NCBI GenBank assembly: GCA_964035545.1 | Contig: OZ037767.1 | Coordinates: forward strand, 28,288,628 to 28,352,627 | Reading direction: 5' to 3' | Source: Bugula neritina | Taxonomy: Eukaryota > Animalia > Bryozoa | DNA length: 64,000 bases | Part shown: positions 50,600 to 64,000 of the stretch, one piece after another | How the letters are laid out: each line of letters opens with the position of its first letter | Position numbering within the stretch: position 1 is the stretch's first letter | Notes under the pieces: model-generated | The model's database searches: none | What the model was told of the DNA's origin: nothing | Seen by the model: the letters and a program-made list of their open reading frames with translations, nothing else | Position numbers and translations under genes: made by a program

Positions 50600-53500
50600 A
50601 TGGCATCTTTAGTAGCATATGATACCGAAGAAAGCTCCGATGAAGAACGTCAACATGAACATAACTTGGACAGCAACTTAGAGCTGGAAAAAGTAAAATT
50701 AAAAGAGACAACTAAGTTTAATCAAATTGAAAATCAAAATCAAAATGACGACCAGAATGTTCAATCTGAGTCTAAATGTAGCTTCGAGAGTGAGTCAAAA
50801 AGCGAGTCTCGGTCTGGCTTATCTCAGCCATCTGATACTTCATTTAAAAAGTCTTCTGTAGAAAGCCAAAGCGAAGAGGAATTCTTGCATTTAAAAGCTG
50901 ACTCTAAGATATTTAAGAATCTTTTAAGTACTACACAATTATCTTTGGCTCCACCAGTTGCCACGAAGGTTTGTACTTAAACTTGGTTGCAAATTAAATT
51001 ATGTCTGATTAGAGATTATAATGATACTCATACTCATACTCATAGTCATACAATTATATAATCATACTGATACTCTTGATATGATCATGAGTTTCAGTTT
51101 CATATTGAATTTGATATTCAATTTCATTCAATTCAGACAAAGTCGTCAATTATAACACAAGATCAATATGAATATGAATGTTTATTATAAGTACTAGTAG
51201 GCTTAGCTACTACTAGTACTAGTATTGGTATTTCAATAACTTAAAAATAAATCTGAAACTTAAGTATTGAAAATAAAATTAGATGACTAACTGGAAGACT
51301 AAGTTAAGATTTAGTTTACCTAATAAAAATATTTGACTAGTTCAAGCATTTTCAAAAATAATATTTGGTGTGACTGTAGATTTTTTACAAGCTTGTGCAA
51401 ACATATTATCTAAACTGAATTATTATGATTATTGGTGTGTTGCTCAAAATTCGTCATAATTGCTTAACTGTAGATTATCATTATGAAACAACGAATCTAA
51501 CATTCACACCAAATCATAGAATATACTTTTTATGGTGAAGCGTGTTCATGTCATACTGGCAATCTGCCAAGTCTCTTTATCTGGAATATTCATATTGATA
51601 ATTATGTTCTTATTATCCTCTTTTTGAATAGATTCAGTTAGTGAACTTTTGACTATTTGTGAAAAATTGGCAATGTCACACTGAACATGTATGGGTATGG
51701 AGTCTACAAGGGTGTCAACAATGCAGCTAATCTTATTGTAGATTAGTTAAGTTTGCCCTCCCATGCTAAATTTGTTATGATGTCTCTGCAATGTTTACAG
51801 TAGGATGTATTTTATAGGGAGATGTAATGACAGGAAGCCCTCTAGATCCTACTGTAAAGGAACTTAAATACAACCCTAAAGCCAATGAGTTATATGCACC
51901 TACGGTATTTGTGTTTCTATTTGCATATATGAATTGATAAAGGAATATTTTTTGCTTCGATCTATTATTGTATTGATTTACTCTGGTGTTATCATAGATA
52001 GCTGCGATAGTGTTTGATATAAAAAGTAGATTTATGCAGCAAGAAATTAGGAAATAAAGCAGCTGAATATTTATACAAATACTACTTGTGAGAATGCTTC
52101 ATAGTGCCAAGTCTCTTTAGTCGGTACCATTCTCTATTTAACTGAGACAATCTTTTTTCAATTAAATTGATTAGAAATTTTTTATACAAATTATTGTTTA
52201 CAACATTTAGGCTGGTGTGTAATATAACTTTGTAAAATTTTAGTAAAAACAACTGGCATTGTTATGGAAGTAAGTTGAATAATAATTTTGTCAGGCATGA
52301 GAAGATTGCTTCTATATGCTATTATTTATATGCTGTTTCAGGCTGGTCCAGCCCACCCCTTTCAGACTCAACAGATGCGGGCTGTGAAGAATACTGTGAC
52401 AGGATTCGCTGAACCTTCTCATGTGAGTCGGTTCCAGTTTGAAACGCAACGGAGAACATTCCACAGTTATGGTAGGAACCAAAGCTACTTAGTATTGTGA
52501 CTCATTCATGACTCATTAACTTGTTTTAGGTATTTGGAATTGATGTATGTAATATAAAGCTTAAACAGTTTTTTGATAGTATGTCATGTTAGTTCAAGTA
52601 AATAATGACATCTGAAAAAAGAAAATTTAATTGAATGACCCACAATTACAGTGTTTAAGTCCTTATACTTGTAGCTACTGTAATGTCAAAAAAACGTTTA
52701 GTTTATGAAGCACTGCAAACTATAGTATCTACTCACAGCTGTACTTGACAGGTTTCTTGTGTAACATTAAGGGCAGGGCAGCTGGACAGGGGTGCTAGGC
52801 AAGGTGTTAGACAGGGGTGCTAGGCAAGGTGTTGGACGGGGGGGGGGGTGTGGGCAAGCAGAGTGCTGACTTTTGATGCCCCTTACAGTGGTGTAGCTGG
52901 CTAAAGGTAATACTCTCATTTCAGGGTATGCAATGGATCCCAGTGGAGATAGTGCTGTCGAGGAGTCTGCAGCCATTATTGGAGATCTGAAAGCAGCTGA
53001 AGAAGGAAAAGGTGAGAAATCTATGCCTCTTTTTCGACTCCTGCCTCTTATGTTCTTTTGTCTTATTTTAACTCTCATTAATGTTGAATATTTATGTTGA
53101 TGAAGGTGAATATGTATCATGGCTCAGTATTGGCCATCAATAGCGTACAGTAGCCAAGTAATATTCTAATATGAGAATGCAGAGTTTTCCATACACAGTA
53201 TGTGAATTAATTGTATACTTGCATATGTAGAAATCACAGTGTTTGAAGCCTCAAAATCTAGAGAAGGGGACAAACGAAAGCGTAGAAGGAATAATGATGC
53301 CAGCGATATTGACGGATATCTGGGACCTTGGGGCAAGTTTATTGATGAGAAAACTACGATGGTGCCCGAGGAGGAAGAGAAGAAAGTATGATATTTATTA
53401 GTAAAAGTAACAGCAGTAATCTTGATTAAACCAGCATTTAATTTAGTTATATTTACCTATTTCAACATATGTATATCTCTGTAGTTACTAATACATTGTA

Positions 53501-56500
53501 TGCTGGTTATTTGTTGTGAAATAATGACTGTAAATTAAGCTTATACTAGAAACACTGTTTTATGTTGGAAGATTATTATATATTAATATTATATCTATCA
53601 GTTGAAGTATTTATGATATGGAGAAGCTAACTCCAGGTTATGGACTGTGTTGTTGGGAGAAGATAACTACATAACTTATGATTTATAAACTTTGCCTAAT
53701 TTCGTTTTGAGAGATTTTTTATTTGTTAGTTGCAAAGTAAATATAGCTGACTTTAAAATCAAATTTATTTGGAATATTATCAAACAAAGGTAAATTGAAT
53801 GTATTAAAGTGATCTTTTGTAGTGAAAATGAAAGTTAGAATTTAAATGTGTTGTGGTTATTTACTAGATATGAAGTGCTTGCCGGATCTCTATTTCTACT
53901 GATTTAGCGATAGTCTTTTGGCAGTATAGCCTTGGAGCTAGTCACTCAGTGCGTCTCTTTGTGTATAGTTAAGTTATAGACCCTGGGTTATGTTCATGTA
54001 GATACTTGATGAGTTGGTGGCAAAGAGGAAGAAAAACAAGGCAACAATTGAAGATAAGGTTGAATCTGAAGAGAAGTCCACACTACACTGTAAGATTCTT
54101 CTCTCTTATTCATACAAATCAGTACTCAGGAGTCAGTAGTGTATAGAAAGGTGTGGCGTTTTAGATTTATCTTCTCGCTATGAATGACTTGTTGGCATCG
54201 TAAAGATTCTTTTTCCATTTTAGTGAAGGAAGAATTTGATTATCAAGGGCGATCTTGGACACACCCACCACAGGATGTGGGCGTGTCTCTAAAAGCTGAT
54301 GCCATACCGGAGAAATGCTTTATGCCAAAAAGGTTGATACACACGTGGGCTGGACACACAAAAGCTCTCTCTTGTATCAGATGGCTGCCGGTGTCAGCGC
54401 ACCTTCTTTTGTCCTCTGGTATGGACTCTAAAATCAAAGTGAGTTCCTTTTACTCTGCTCCATATAAAATGTCCTCCAGTCTTGCTTCAACTCCATTAAC
54501 TTCAGTTTCTTTGAACTTCCAGTTTTTTGCCATTTCCGGTATGTGTTGACTTATAGAGTCCATTGCCCGATGATCTATTAATATATTAGTATTCAAAGTT
54601 AAATTAATTGTATAATACCACTAACTCCAGGTTAACATGTGTCAGCTGGTGAACTAATTAGATTTTACCCACAATGCATTAATTTGAGTGACAGTTGTCA
54701 TCTGAGACATGTTGTGTTTTGTTCACCTGCTGTAGTTGAATTTATCACCTGCAATGCTATCCCAACACCACTTTGTGGGATTTTGCGCCATATTTATAGT
54801 GTTTATTTGAACAACTTTGAAATAATAGAATATAAAAGTCTGGGCAAATTAATTAAAATATAATGTATTATATTATTATTTGTTATTTTTAACTTTGCCA
54901 AATTTCTAATTAACAATTGACTTTTCTCGGTAAGACGTTGACAAATGGCATCCGGTAGCATTGGTTAAGGTTGCCTATCACTGAACAGGTGTGAGTGATA
55001 GTTTTCCTAGTGTAGTTGGTTTTTCTTAGTCAGCTCATGGAATAATTCTTCAACTGCTTGTCACATGGGATTGCATGCAAGCATCTATTGATAGTAATAT
55101 GCATTTTAATTCTTCATTTTGATTTATATCCAAGTTTTAATTAATAAAATTTTTTCAACAATTTTTCATGTTTGACTCTGATGCTAATACTGTAGATATG
55201 GGAGGTTTACAATGAAAGGCGGATGGCTAGAACATATTCAGGACATAAACAAGCTGTCCGTGATGTGAACTTTGATAATGACGGGAAAAGATTTCTCAGC
55301 GCTTCCTTTGACAGAATGTGCAAACTGTGGGATACAGAGACTGGACAGTGTATTGGAAAGTGAGTTGTGGTGGTGCCACAGTCTTCTAACTTCTGATCTT
55401 GAATCATAAATGTTAGACCAGAGCTAGGTTGGACTTGGTTCTGTTAACTGTTTGAATAGATTAATTGGGTGGGGGCTAATCGGTGCCTCCCTACACTTTG
55501 TTGAAATGCTCTCATAGACTCTCAGTCCACTATGAAAGTGTTATTAAGTTAGTTATTTATTTACTGTTTAGGTTTACCAACAAAAAGGTGCCGTACTGTG
55601 TGAAGTTTAACCCAGATGCTGATAAACAAGACCTGTTTGTAGCTGGGACTAATGATAAGAAGATAGTGTGTGTAAGTAACCTTGTTTTCTCTCTCTCTCT
55701 CGTAGTTTAGTTTAATAATGGTCAGCCGCTAACAGTGTGGCCCTCTTTACTGTGTGTAATCTTGCGTTTTTCATTTTAAAAAATATTTTAATCCAGCTTA
55801 AATTCCCAAAATATGCTTTTAACTTTAAATTTAGTTAAATTTAGCCCCTGGTCTACTATTGTTTGACCACACAGCCCTGATAAAGACACAGAGTAACTCA
55901 AGTGTGACGGTGTAGAGGAATATTAATTGGTTCTCAGACTTTGATTAATGTGTGGAGGTCTAACTGAATAATAATTTGTGTGTCTCATTCGATGCTGGGG
56001 TTTATATTTTCAATAAATTAACAATATTATACAAACTATAGAATATAGGTTATGCGGGAAGTCGTAATGAAAATGGATGATTTTGCTTATTTTCAAACTT
56101 GTCTAAATTTACAAAGTTTTCTTTTCATTTTATTCTTAGGTAACTCAAACTAAAAATTTAAAAACATTGCGTTTTTTGAGAGTAGAATAATTATATATGA
56201 AGTTTTATCAGTGAATACTTTATGTTTTTCATGCAGCGGTGTTTTTAAATATCTGATGTGCTTATTTCTATATGCTACTTACTTGTTTTCAATGATCTCC
56301 TTGAAGAACAGGGTGGACTGTAGCAATAATTTCCTCCTGACTTCCTTTCACTTTCATAAATTATTGTATTTTTTAATTGAATTGATATCTAAGAAGATCA
56401 CATAGCAATACATTCCTCCAGTCTAAGATTTACCATGATATGTACAGCTCAGACATGCAAAGTGTTGTTGTGAATAATTATTCACCATATTCATACATTC

Positions 56501-58945
56501 ACAGAATGTATAAAGGAAAGTCGCCCTGGGAAATACTTGCAATAGTATTGCTGAAATAGTAATAAGAAATTATCCAGTTGGTTTCATAAGTTCTCCATGA
56601 TCTACACCCACCTGGGCACTGGATGGCTGTTGTCACAACTTGTGCCTAGTCATAGAAACATGTATTATTTATGTGGGAGGTTGTATTGAGTTGTTAGCTA
56701 TTCATAGTGGTCTGTTTTGCATTTTGATTGTTTTGTTCTCACTCAAATTATTGAATTTCAATTACCTGATACCTTGTGGTACTTGCAGCAACACTTCATA
56801 GGATAAAATAAATACTGTAATGAGTAACCCCAACTAACAATTTGTTTCAAAGTTACAGGTACTCTACTTTCATATTTTTCTAAGGCATTTTTTAGAATAA
56901 TAATTTTATTCTGTGAAAGTTTCATCAATTATATTCTTCAGCCTTCTCAGTTTTTGGGATTTCTTTTTGTACAAGTTTGCAGCTACATGGTTACATATTT
57001 GATTTCATCAATAGTCTAATAGTTGGTTCTAATTCAATAGTGAAATGTCTAGTAAAACTATATCACATATTTCTTCTACTGAAATTAGAAAGTATATTTG
57101 TATTGTCGGGTTTTCTGTTGTAGTTTGACATTAGATCCGGAGAAATTGTACAAGAGTATGACCGCCATCTTGGGGCTGTGAATACTATCACATTCGTTGA
57201 TGGCAATCGGCGCTTCGTCTCAACATCTGATGATAAATCCTTGCGAATCTGGGAGTGGTAAGTGTAGTTGGTACCATTTGTCCCCTCTGTCCACGTCACA
57301 CATAAGCAGTTTATTTGACACCCGATTAGTAGTCCGCAAGCACCCTCTGAACTGTCTATGAATCACACCAACATTCCAAACTGTGTTGGAGATCCACTGG
57401 TACAGATCTGGTTTCTCCAGATTATAAAATATTCAGCTATTAATGTTACTGTGTGGTTTAACATCTGTCTTTACCACCTACATGTGGATTATTATATTAA
57501 TTTTATTTGTTAATTCCTTCAGAGTCGCTAAAGTCTAATCTTATGAATTGAAAACGCATTTGTGTCATGTGGCACAACTAAGTAAAAACTGTCTTTGAGA
57601 CTGCTGCATTGTAATATTAGCATAGCCTGTGGTCTCTCAGACTAGCTGGAACTTAGTTATGACTCCATGCTAGCAGAGAAAGCCAACTTCTTACATTTTT
57701 TGCTACAGCCTGTTTAACAGCGTCTCAAACTGTTAGCCATATCACTTACTATGAGTGTTTGTATGTAGGGATATTCCAGTGGACTTCAAGTATATCTCAG
57801 ATCCGTCTATGCACTCCATGCCAGCTGTGACTATCTCACACAATGGTAAGTGGCTAGCGTGTCAGAGTTTGGATAACCAAGTGGTGATATTCAACGTTCT
57901 CAACAGAATGAAAATGATGCGGAAGAAGGTGTTCAAAGGTCACATGGTTGCTGGATACGCCTGCGGAGTAGATTTCTCACCGGACATGTCGTTAGTATTA
58001 CTTTGTATTGCTTTATAACTTCTATCTTGTTTGTTGTCTTCTCCACCCCCTACTTAGTACTACTGTTAACTCTAGCAAAGTCAGGATATTGTACCCTGAA
58101 TAGGGCAGATTGCAGTCAGAGAGCTAGTATAATCTTTCACCACAAGAGTCATGTTTTCAAATCTCTCATTGCAGATTATATTTGGAAAAGAAATTTACCT
58201 AAAATAAATCTCTGAATATAGTATTTGCTTTTCTGTGATTATTGACAACATTTTTCTTTGATAAACTTGTTAAAATTTCTTTTACAGTAAGCCTAGGGCC
58301 ACACGGTGCGTATTTTCGCACGCGAAAATTGAAATCACAAGTAGCAAAGGTGTCCACTGTGCGCGTTAAGAAAACATTCGCACTTGTCGCTCTGCATTTT
58401 CAACGCAAGTGCGAATCGTCTCTGTCGTCGTCACCTAATTGGCTGGTAGTTATTCAGCGAGCCCAATTTCTTTATTTAGTGCTACATTCCAGTAAATTGC
58501 GTTTTATCGAAGCGAGTGCGATTTAAAAATGAATGCTTTATTTATCACGCATCACTGACGCTACAGTGGACACCTTTGCTACTTGTGATTTCAATTTTCG
58601 CATGCGAAAATACGCACCGTGTGGCCCTAGGCTAAATCTTAATCTTTTAGCGATGCTATATTTCAATGTAGGTCGCTCTTTACTCTTGTAAAGCAAATTT
58701 TTATCCACGTGTTGATTATAACTGTTGGCTCAAAATTCATTCAAATTTTGTTATTCTTCTTGTTCAGGTATCTGATATCAGGGGATGCTGATGGCAAGAT
58801 GTACATTTGGGATTGGAAGTCTACTAAACTATTCTCCAAATTCAAAGCTCACGACGACGTATGCATCAGCGTCTTGTGGCACCCCCATGAGACTAGCAAG
58901 ATTGCCAGTGCGGGTTGGGACGGTGTTATAAAGTACTGGGACTAG
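50600..58945 (+). CDS. CDC40: Pre-mRNA-processing factor 17 (WD40), 642 aa. Exons 50600-50968, 51818-51904, 52342-52471, 52925-53011, 53231-53385, 54002-54089, 54224-54438, 55196-55359, 55572-55671, 57124-57257, 57769-57990, 58768-58945
   Basis: Twelve GT-AG exons sum to 1929 nt in frame. Motifs [99 protein letters not shown] at 58988. Confidence 0.96.
54655..55080 (+). repeat. Diverged interspersed repeat; second copy at ~61765-62155
   Basis: Shared blocks TTTTACCCACAATGCAT...TTGAGTGACA and GTTGACAAA...ATCCGGTAGCATTGGTTAAGGTTGC. Confidence 0.75.
58291..58632. mobile_element. PIF/Harbinger (Tourist-like) MITE, 342 bp, in the last CDC40 intron
   Basis: About 70-bp near-perfect terminal inverted repeats (GCCTAGGGCCACACGGTGCGTATTTTCGCA...); TAA target-site duplication on both sides. 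Confidence 0.92.
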
Positions 58946-61900
58946 TCATGTAGCTAAGGCTACAGTGTTGAATATCTTAGACTATACAATAAACTGGACT
59001 TGTTGATTTTTCAATAAGTAGTAGCAGTGGTTGTTGTAAGCAGCTAGGATGTGCTATTTGTAAATATTTAAATGATACTTACTGACTTTCCTGAAAAAAT
59101 GGATAAAACTTTTGTATATTCAAATGACTTGAAGATGACACTTTTATTTGACTACATTTTAATAACAATCCACTTCTGTACTTTCAAGGATACCAATGTG
59201 AAATGCTTTGCTGAATTATTATATACCCATTTTGATGAAGACTTTGTTGATTGTATGTACCACCATTTGGCTGCTTGTATATATTGTGCCGTAAGATTTT
59301 CACAGTACATATTTTGATGAAGCATTTGCACAGAGCATGTTGCTTTCAATTATCAAAGGGTTTTAATAAGAATAAGTCATCTACATTATATTTCACTAAA
59401 CTTGTTACTAAAATATTGTACACTGCATATATTGACAGTCTTGAGGTTTTTCTGAATATTAATTAGTTTCTTCATGAATTTAGCTAACAGCTAAAATATA
59501 AATATATCTTCTAAAATCTGAATAATAAATTACCTGATCAAATAACTGCTGTAAAGTATTATAAAACAAACTATAACATTATTTATGGTTGCCACAATTA
59601 TGCTGAATACAAATTATATGAGTCATCATATAAACTGTATATTTTAGCTGTCATACACTACTTTAATTTTCAAGTTTCATATTATGCGTAGGTTTTCAAA
59701 TTGCTAAAATTTTAAAGAAACTGAATTCAAATATAGTATGTGAAACTGTCATTTTCAAATGTGGCATCTGAGCCAGAATTAGTAATACTATGTGGTAAGA
59801 TAAAATGTACATTGCTGCTTTGCTGCTTCTCTCTAAATATTTAATAAGCAGTTACTGTCAATTAATCAATCAAGAGAGCAGTTGTATTCTAGTGATTACG
59901 GTTTTGTCTTAGCCTGCACTAGGTCTTGCTTTAGAAGCTGTTGGTGATGTAAGAAAGACTACCTGGTCATATTGCACCATGTTTACTGTCCTTAGCTCAA
60001 TTGAAACACTCTACCCTCAGGTGTGGAGACTTTAAACCAATATGAGAGGTGCAGACCTTAGACAAATGCAAGTGAGTCAATCAACGAGATAATTGACAGT
60101 GAAAATAGTAGATGAACAACATAAATGCAATTGTTTAATTGTTTTGCAATAAAAATGTAGATACTATTTGGTGGTTTTGAATCTTCTATAGAAGATGAGT
60201 AGTAACATCTTTATGAATATAGAGCGGTTATAAGAACACAGCTGCTCATATACAATAGAAATAACTTGCTTTGATTTTCAAAGACTCAGGATCTTTAGCT
60301 TTTAACACCTACTCAGTCTTCTACTCTTTAAATTTCATCATCATGAGCTTTAGGAGTTGTTTACACATGCTTCCCTTGTAGTTCACACTGTGTGGTGATA
60401 ATGCAGGAGCGGACAACTTTTTAAGGCCTAACTGCACGGAGTCTTTGCCAGCATTGTGCACTTGAAGTATAAATTTTATACTCAAGATTTATACTCACTT
60501 GTAGAACTTAAACACGTCTTGAGTGTGATTTGTACATTAACTGATTGTTATGTTAGCATGATTGAATTATTGTTAGAGAGGAAACAAATCCAAATTAGTT
60601 TAATGTATTGATTGAACGAATCTTGTGTTAAAACAGTTGTGTTGGAAGAACTGAAACTTTTGATTGGGGTGATATCATTTTTCATTCAAAATAAATAGAG
60701 GTGAAAGTATTTGGGAACTTTCTTGAAACATGCATAGGGAAATACTAAATGTCAAAACTAGCTTATATAACTTACTATCGTATCACATTTAAAGTAATTA
60801 ATATTATGAATAATAAACTATTATCCTGATATTTATTAAAAGACGCATATTAATTTGGCAAATTGTCAGTTTGAAAGCAACTAAAAGTTGGTGAAATTGA
60901 AAAGCATTTGGGCTTTTGAAACCTTTTTTATTGCATTTGACCCGAACATCAAAGAGCGTAGGTCTAAGGGATATTAAATGGTCTTAGAGCTTATTCATCT
61001 CTAATGCTGCCATTAATCATCTTAGTTTGTCTGTCTGCCGTGATTTTGCTTAGATGTTATGCAGGACAATATTGAGGGTCATTTTTATTTTAATTTTCAG
61101 TATATTATGTTTAAGTTGGCTGATGAAGCAATAAGTATGCCTGAAAGTCGGTCATGAATGTAAAAGCCGGTTATAAATCTTATTATTCTTTCATTGAAAA
61201 GATTAAAATTTCATAATATGCTACATTTATGATTTTAGATAATATTGTTTTATTATGCAGTGTGTTTGCATGAAACTAAGGCTTGGCAGTATCAGAAGCA
61301 AAGGCCTATCATGCATGCCCTCTAGCTGTCTAGCTCTTTAGCTTGAGGTCTTATATATTCACTATAACAGCAGGTGCCCTTTGCCCCCCCCCCTGCTTTT
61401 TCGTTATATGCTAGTAAATAGTTCATAAATGGTGATAATTAGTGAACAATAAGACAATAAGATGAAAGCTGTAGCAGATTGACATACCATTGTATAAAAT
61501 AGTTCTATTAAAATCTGCAAATAAAATTTTAAACTTTTATCGCTCCACTTTGGATTTATTCTCTCAATAAACTTACTGCTTATATATATTTACCATTTTT
61601 AATTTAAAAAAATGTAGTTTCATTATTAGAAACAATTTTTTTTATCAAAATTCAGTTAATTAAAGTGGTAGTATTTTAGTTGCAAGCTTGTCATTTAAAA
61701 CTGGTTATTAATTATATATTTAATATAATGTAATTATTCCTGCTTCAGATACTGATTGGACTGAAAAGGTTTTACCCACAATGCATGAAGTTGAGTGACA
61801 AATAAACGTGCCTCTTGCATAAAGTATAGTTGAATGACCCCACCAGCAGTGACATCCGTCAATTCATACAAAAATTACAGTTGTCTTAGGATTCTTCTAG

Positions 61901-62574
61901 TTGTGTCAATGATTTAGAAAATAATAAACCATTGAGCTAAATAATAAAACAATAATCAACCATTTAAATATTATATTGAAATTATATGAAGTTGGCTATA
62001 AAGTTGCCAAAATTGATAATTGAGATGTACAGTTGCTTTTTTGTAACAAGTTGACAAACTGTATCCGGTAGCATTGGTTAAGGTTGCGTACTGCTGTACA
62101 GATGTGAGTAATAGCTTTACTTGGTCAGTTCACAGAGAGGTATCTTAACTGCATGTCAAACCTTAAGTGGTGGAAATTTTATTTTAATTATATGTGATTG
62201 TGTCATTTGAAATTTTTATTCTCTTTTCAAATTGCTTTGAGTAAAGTTTTAATAAGAAATACTAGTTTAGAGTTGAACTATTGTATCCTGTGTGTTGAGT
62301 ATCCTAGCTTGCAGTTACATAAGCTGAGGTTCAAATTAGTTCAACAATGTACCACGGTTATTTAATTTTTATATCAGCCCAGTTGAAGATAATGCAGCCT
62401 GTATATCCCGAACTTGGGTTTGTACCTGGTGAGAAGTTGTTGCCACATATACATATCACAGGCTGCCAGTCTACATTTTGACGTCCAAGTAGCTTCTTTT
62501 GAGCTTTAAAGCACATATTTCTAAACAGCTATATTTTTAGCTCAGTAAAAGTATCTTTCTCTTCATTTCTATAC

Positions 62575-62865
62575 ACTTCACATCTGCAGGTAATAGCACA
62601 TCTGAAAAAGATGTGACAGATGCTGAACATGTGACGTGCAAAAGGTGTCACATCTGCAGGTAATGTGACGTCTGCAGAAGATGTGATGTATGCAGAAGAT
62701 GTCACATGTGCAGGTAATGTGACATTTGCAGAAGATGTGATGTATGCAGAAGGTGTGACTTGTGTAGAGGGTGTGTATCTGGGTAATGTGACATCTGCAG
62801 AAGATGGGACGTCTGTAAAAAGTGTGACGTATACAGCATGTGTCACATATGCAGGTGATGTGGCC
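62575..62865. repeat. Degenerate 18-bp tandem repeat (GATGTGACATCTGCAGAA-like)
   Basis: Six-residue periodicity in ORFs on both strands (VTSAED / VTSSAD). Confidence 0.8.
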
Positions 62866-63910
62866 CTTGCTTGTTTGGTCATGCTGTTATTTCTAAGTTA
62901 GCATACCTATAACTACATATATATAAATTTATTATAGCTAACTATTTGACCAATAATGGTTTTTTCCATGTGTGATATTTGAACTACTTTTTTGAAATTC
63001 TTTTAGTAAATTGCAGCCCATTTAGTTTAAAGATGAAACATGCTTTGATATTCCACCATATAAACTATTTAGTGCAGCACGCACAAGCATCATGCCGAAC
63101 ACAACCCATACAGACAAGTGATCAGGCAATCTTCCCTAATATTAAACGTGACATATCTCATGCCGGCAGTAAATATTCCCATTTTAGGAAATTTATGTTT
63201 ACCAATTGTTTCTCAAAATAAATTCCTGACTCATACTGAATAAGTGGCATACTAGTAACTGCCAATAATTCCAAACATGTAAGGTATAACCCATATCAAT
63301 TAGCTATTAACTTAGCAAGTATATGTGACATTTTCGACACATGTCTAATTTCATAGCTGCGATAACACTTCTCTTTTGTAAAGTTCAACAGGTGATTCTT
63401 TATTAATCCACTAGAAATACTTTTTCATAAACTTGCTGATGGGGTTCTCATATGTGATTGGAGGCTGAATAAGCTCTTTTTAGCACACATTTCTCATATA
63501 CTTCAAAATTGTGTCTGCAAAAAATTTTAGATGATGTTGGTGAACACGCAGTCACCTCCCACTATACCCTCAATCTCGGACGATTGAAGACATTGCGTCA
63601 AACTCGCAGCTACTAAGCTTACTGCAGATCAAATGAAATCTGTACCAATTGTTCATACTTCTTACAAGCTTTAATCTCATTATACCAGATGATCAGGGCT
63701 TACTCTGCCTACAACTTCCCAGATGTCTCATGAGACTAACACATAATAAACAGATAAGGGTGCTTGTGATTCCCGCAGCAGGTCAAGGCCAAACAGATCC
63801 ACTGCTCAGTTCTGAAACTACTTATTTCTGTTCATAAAGCTTCAAGCTCTGTTCATTACTACTTCACAAGGTAGTAGCAGCTTCAACATACTGTTTCCTA
63901 TTTAACTTAC

Positions 63911-63974
63911 CCATTCATCATTTTCTGTCATTGATTTATAATCGGCTGCTTTCATGTCAAAATTTGATCTCCAC
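63911..63974 (-). CDS. Possible isolated exon of an unidentified gene extending beyond the right edge (WRSNFDMKAADYKSMTENDEW)
   Basis: ATAG acceptor and TGG|GTAAGT donor with an open frame; no convincing partner exon found. Confidence 0.25.
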
Positions 63975-64000
63975 CTATCCAAGTAAATTATCCATCAGCC

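Overview
AT-rich genomic DNA from an invertebrate animal with spliceosomal introns; the species cannot be determined from the sequence alone. (1) A minus-strand Sestrin gene runs off the left edge. It has a long isoform (ATG ~27713, GC-AG intron, 30-nt micro-exon) and an alternative short first exon (5885-5989). Its introns hold a ~91-copy 23-bp minisatellite, other minisatellites, an RTE-LINE fragment and a very young 4.3-kb LTR retrotransposon. (2) That element (16020-20360; 539-bp LTRs differing at about 1 nt; CTAGC target-site duplication) is Gmr1-type Ty3/Gypsy. It has an intact Gag-protease-integrase ORF, but RT and almost all of RNase H are deleted, and its LTRs carry many stress/immune transcription-factor motifs. 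(3) A tandem cluster (33.9-49.1 kb) of small secreted 10-cysteine peptide genes related to chitin-binding CBM14/peritrophin-A: three complete two-exon genes plus one orphan exon. None is correctly called by the ORF track. Two of them sit in a segmental duplication containing hAT and MITE insertions whose empty sites are visible, separated by an Academ-like remnant. (4) A complete 12-exon CDC40/PRP17 splicing-factor gene (50600-58945). All exon structures were reconstructed by hand from splice signals and reading-frame continuity.
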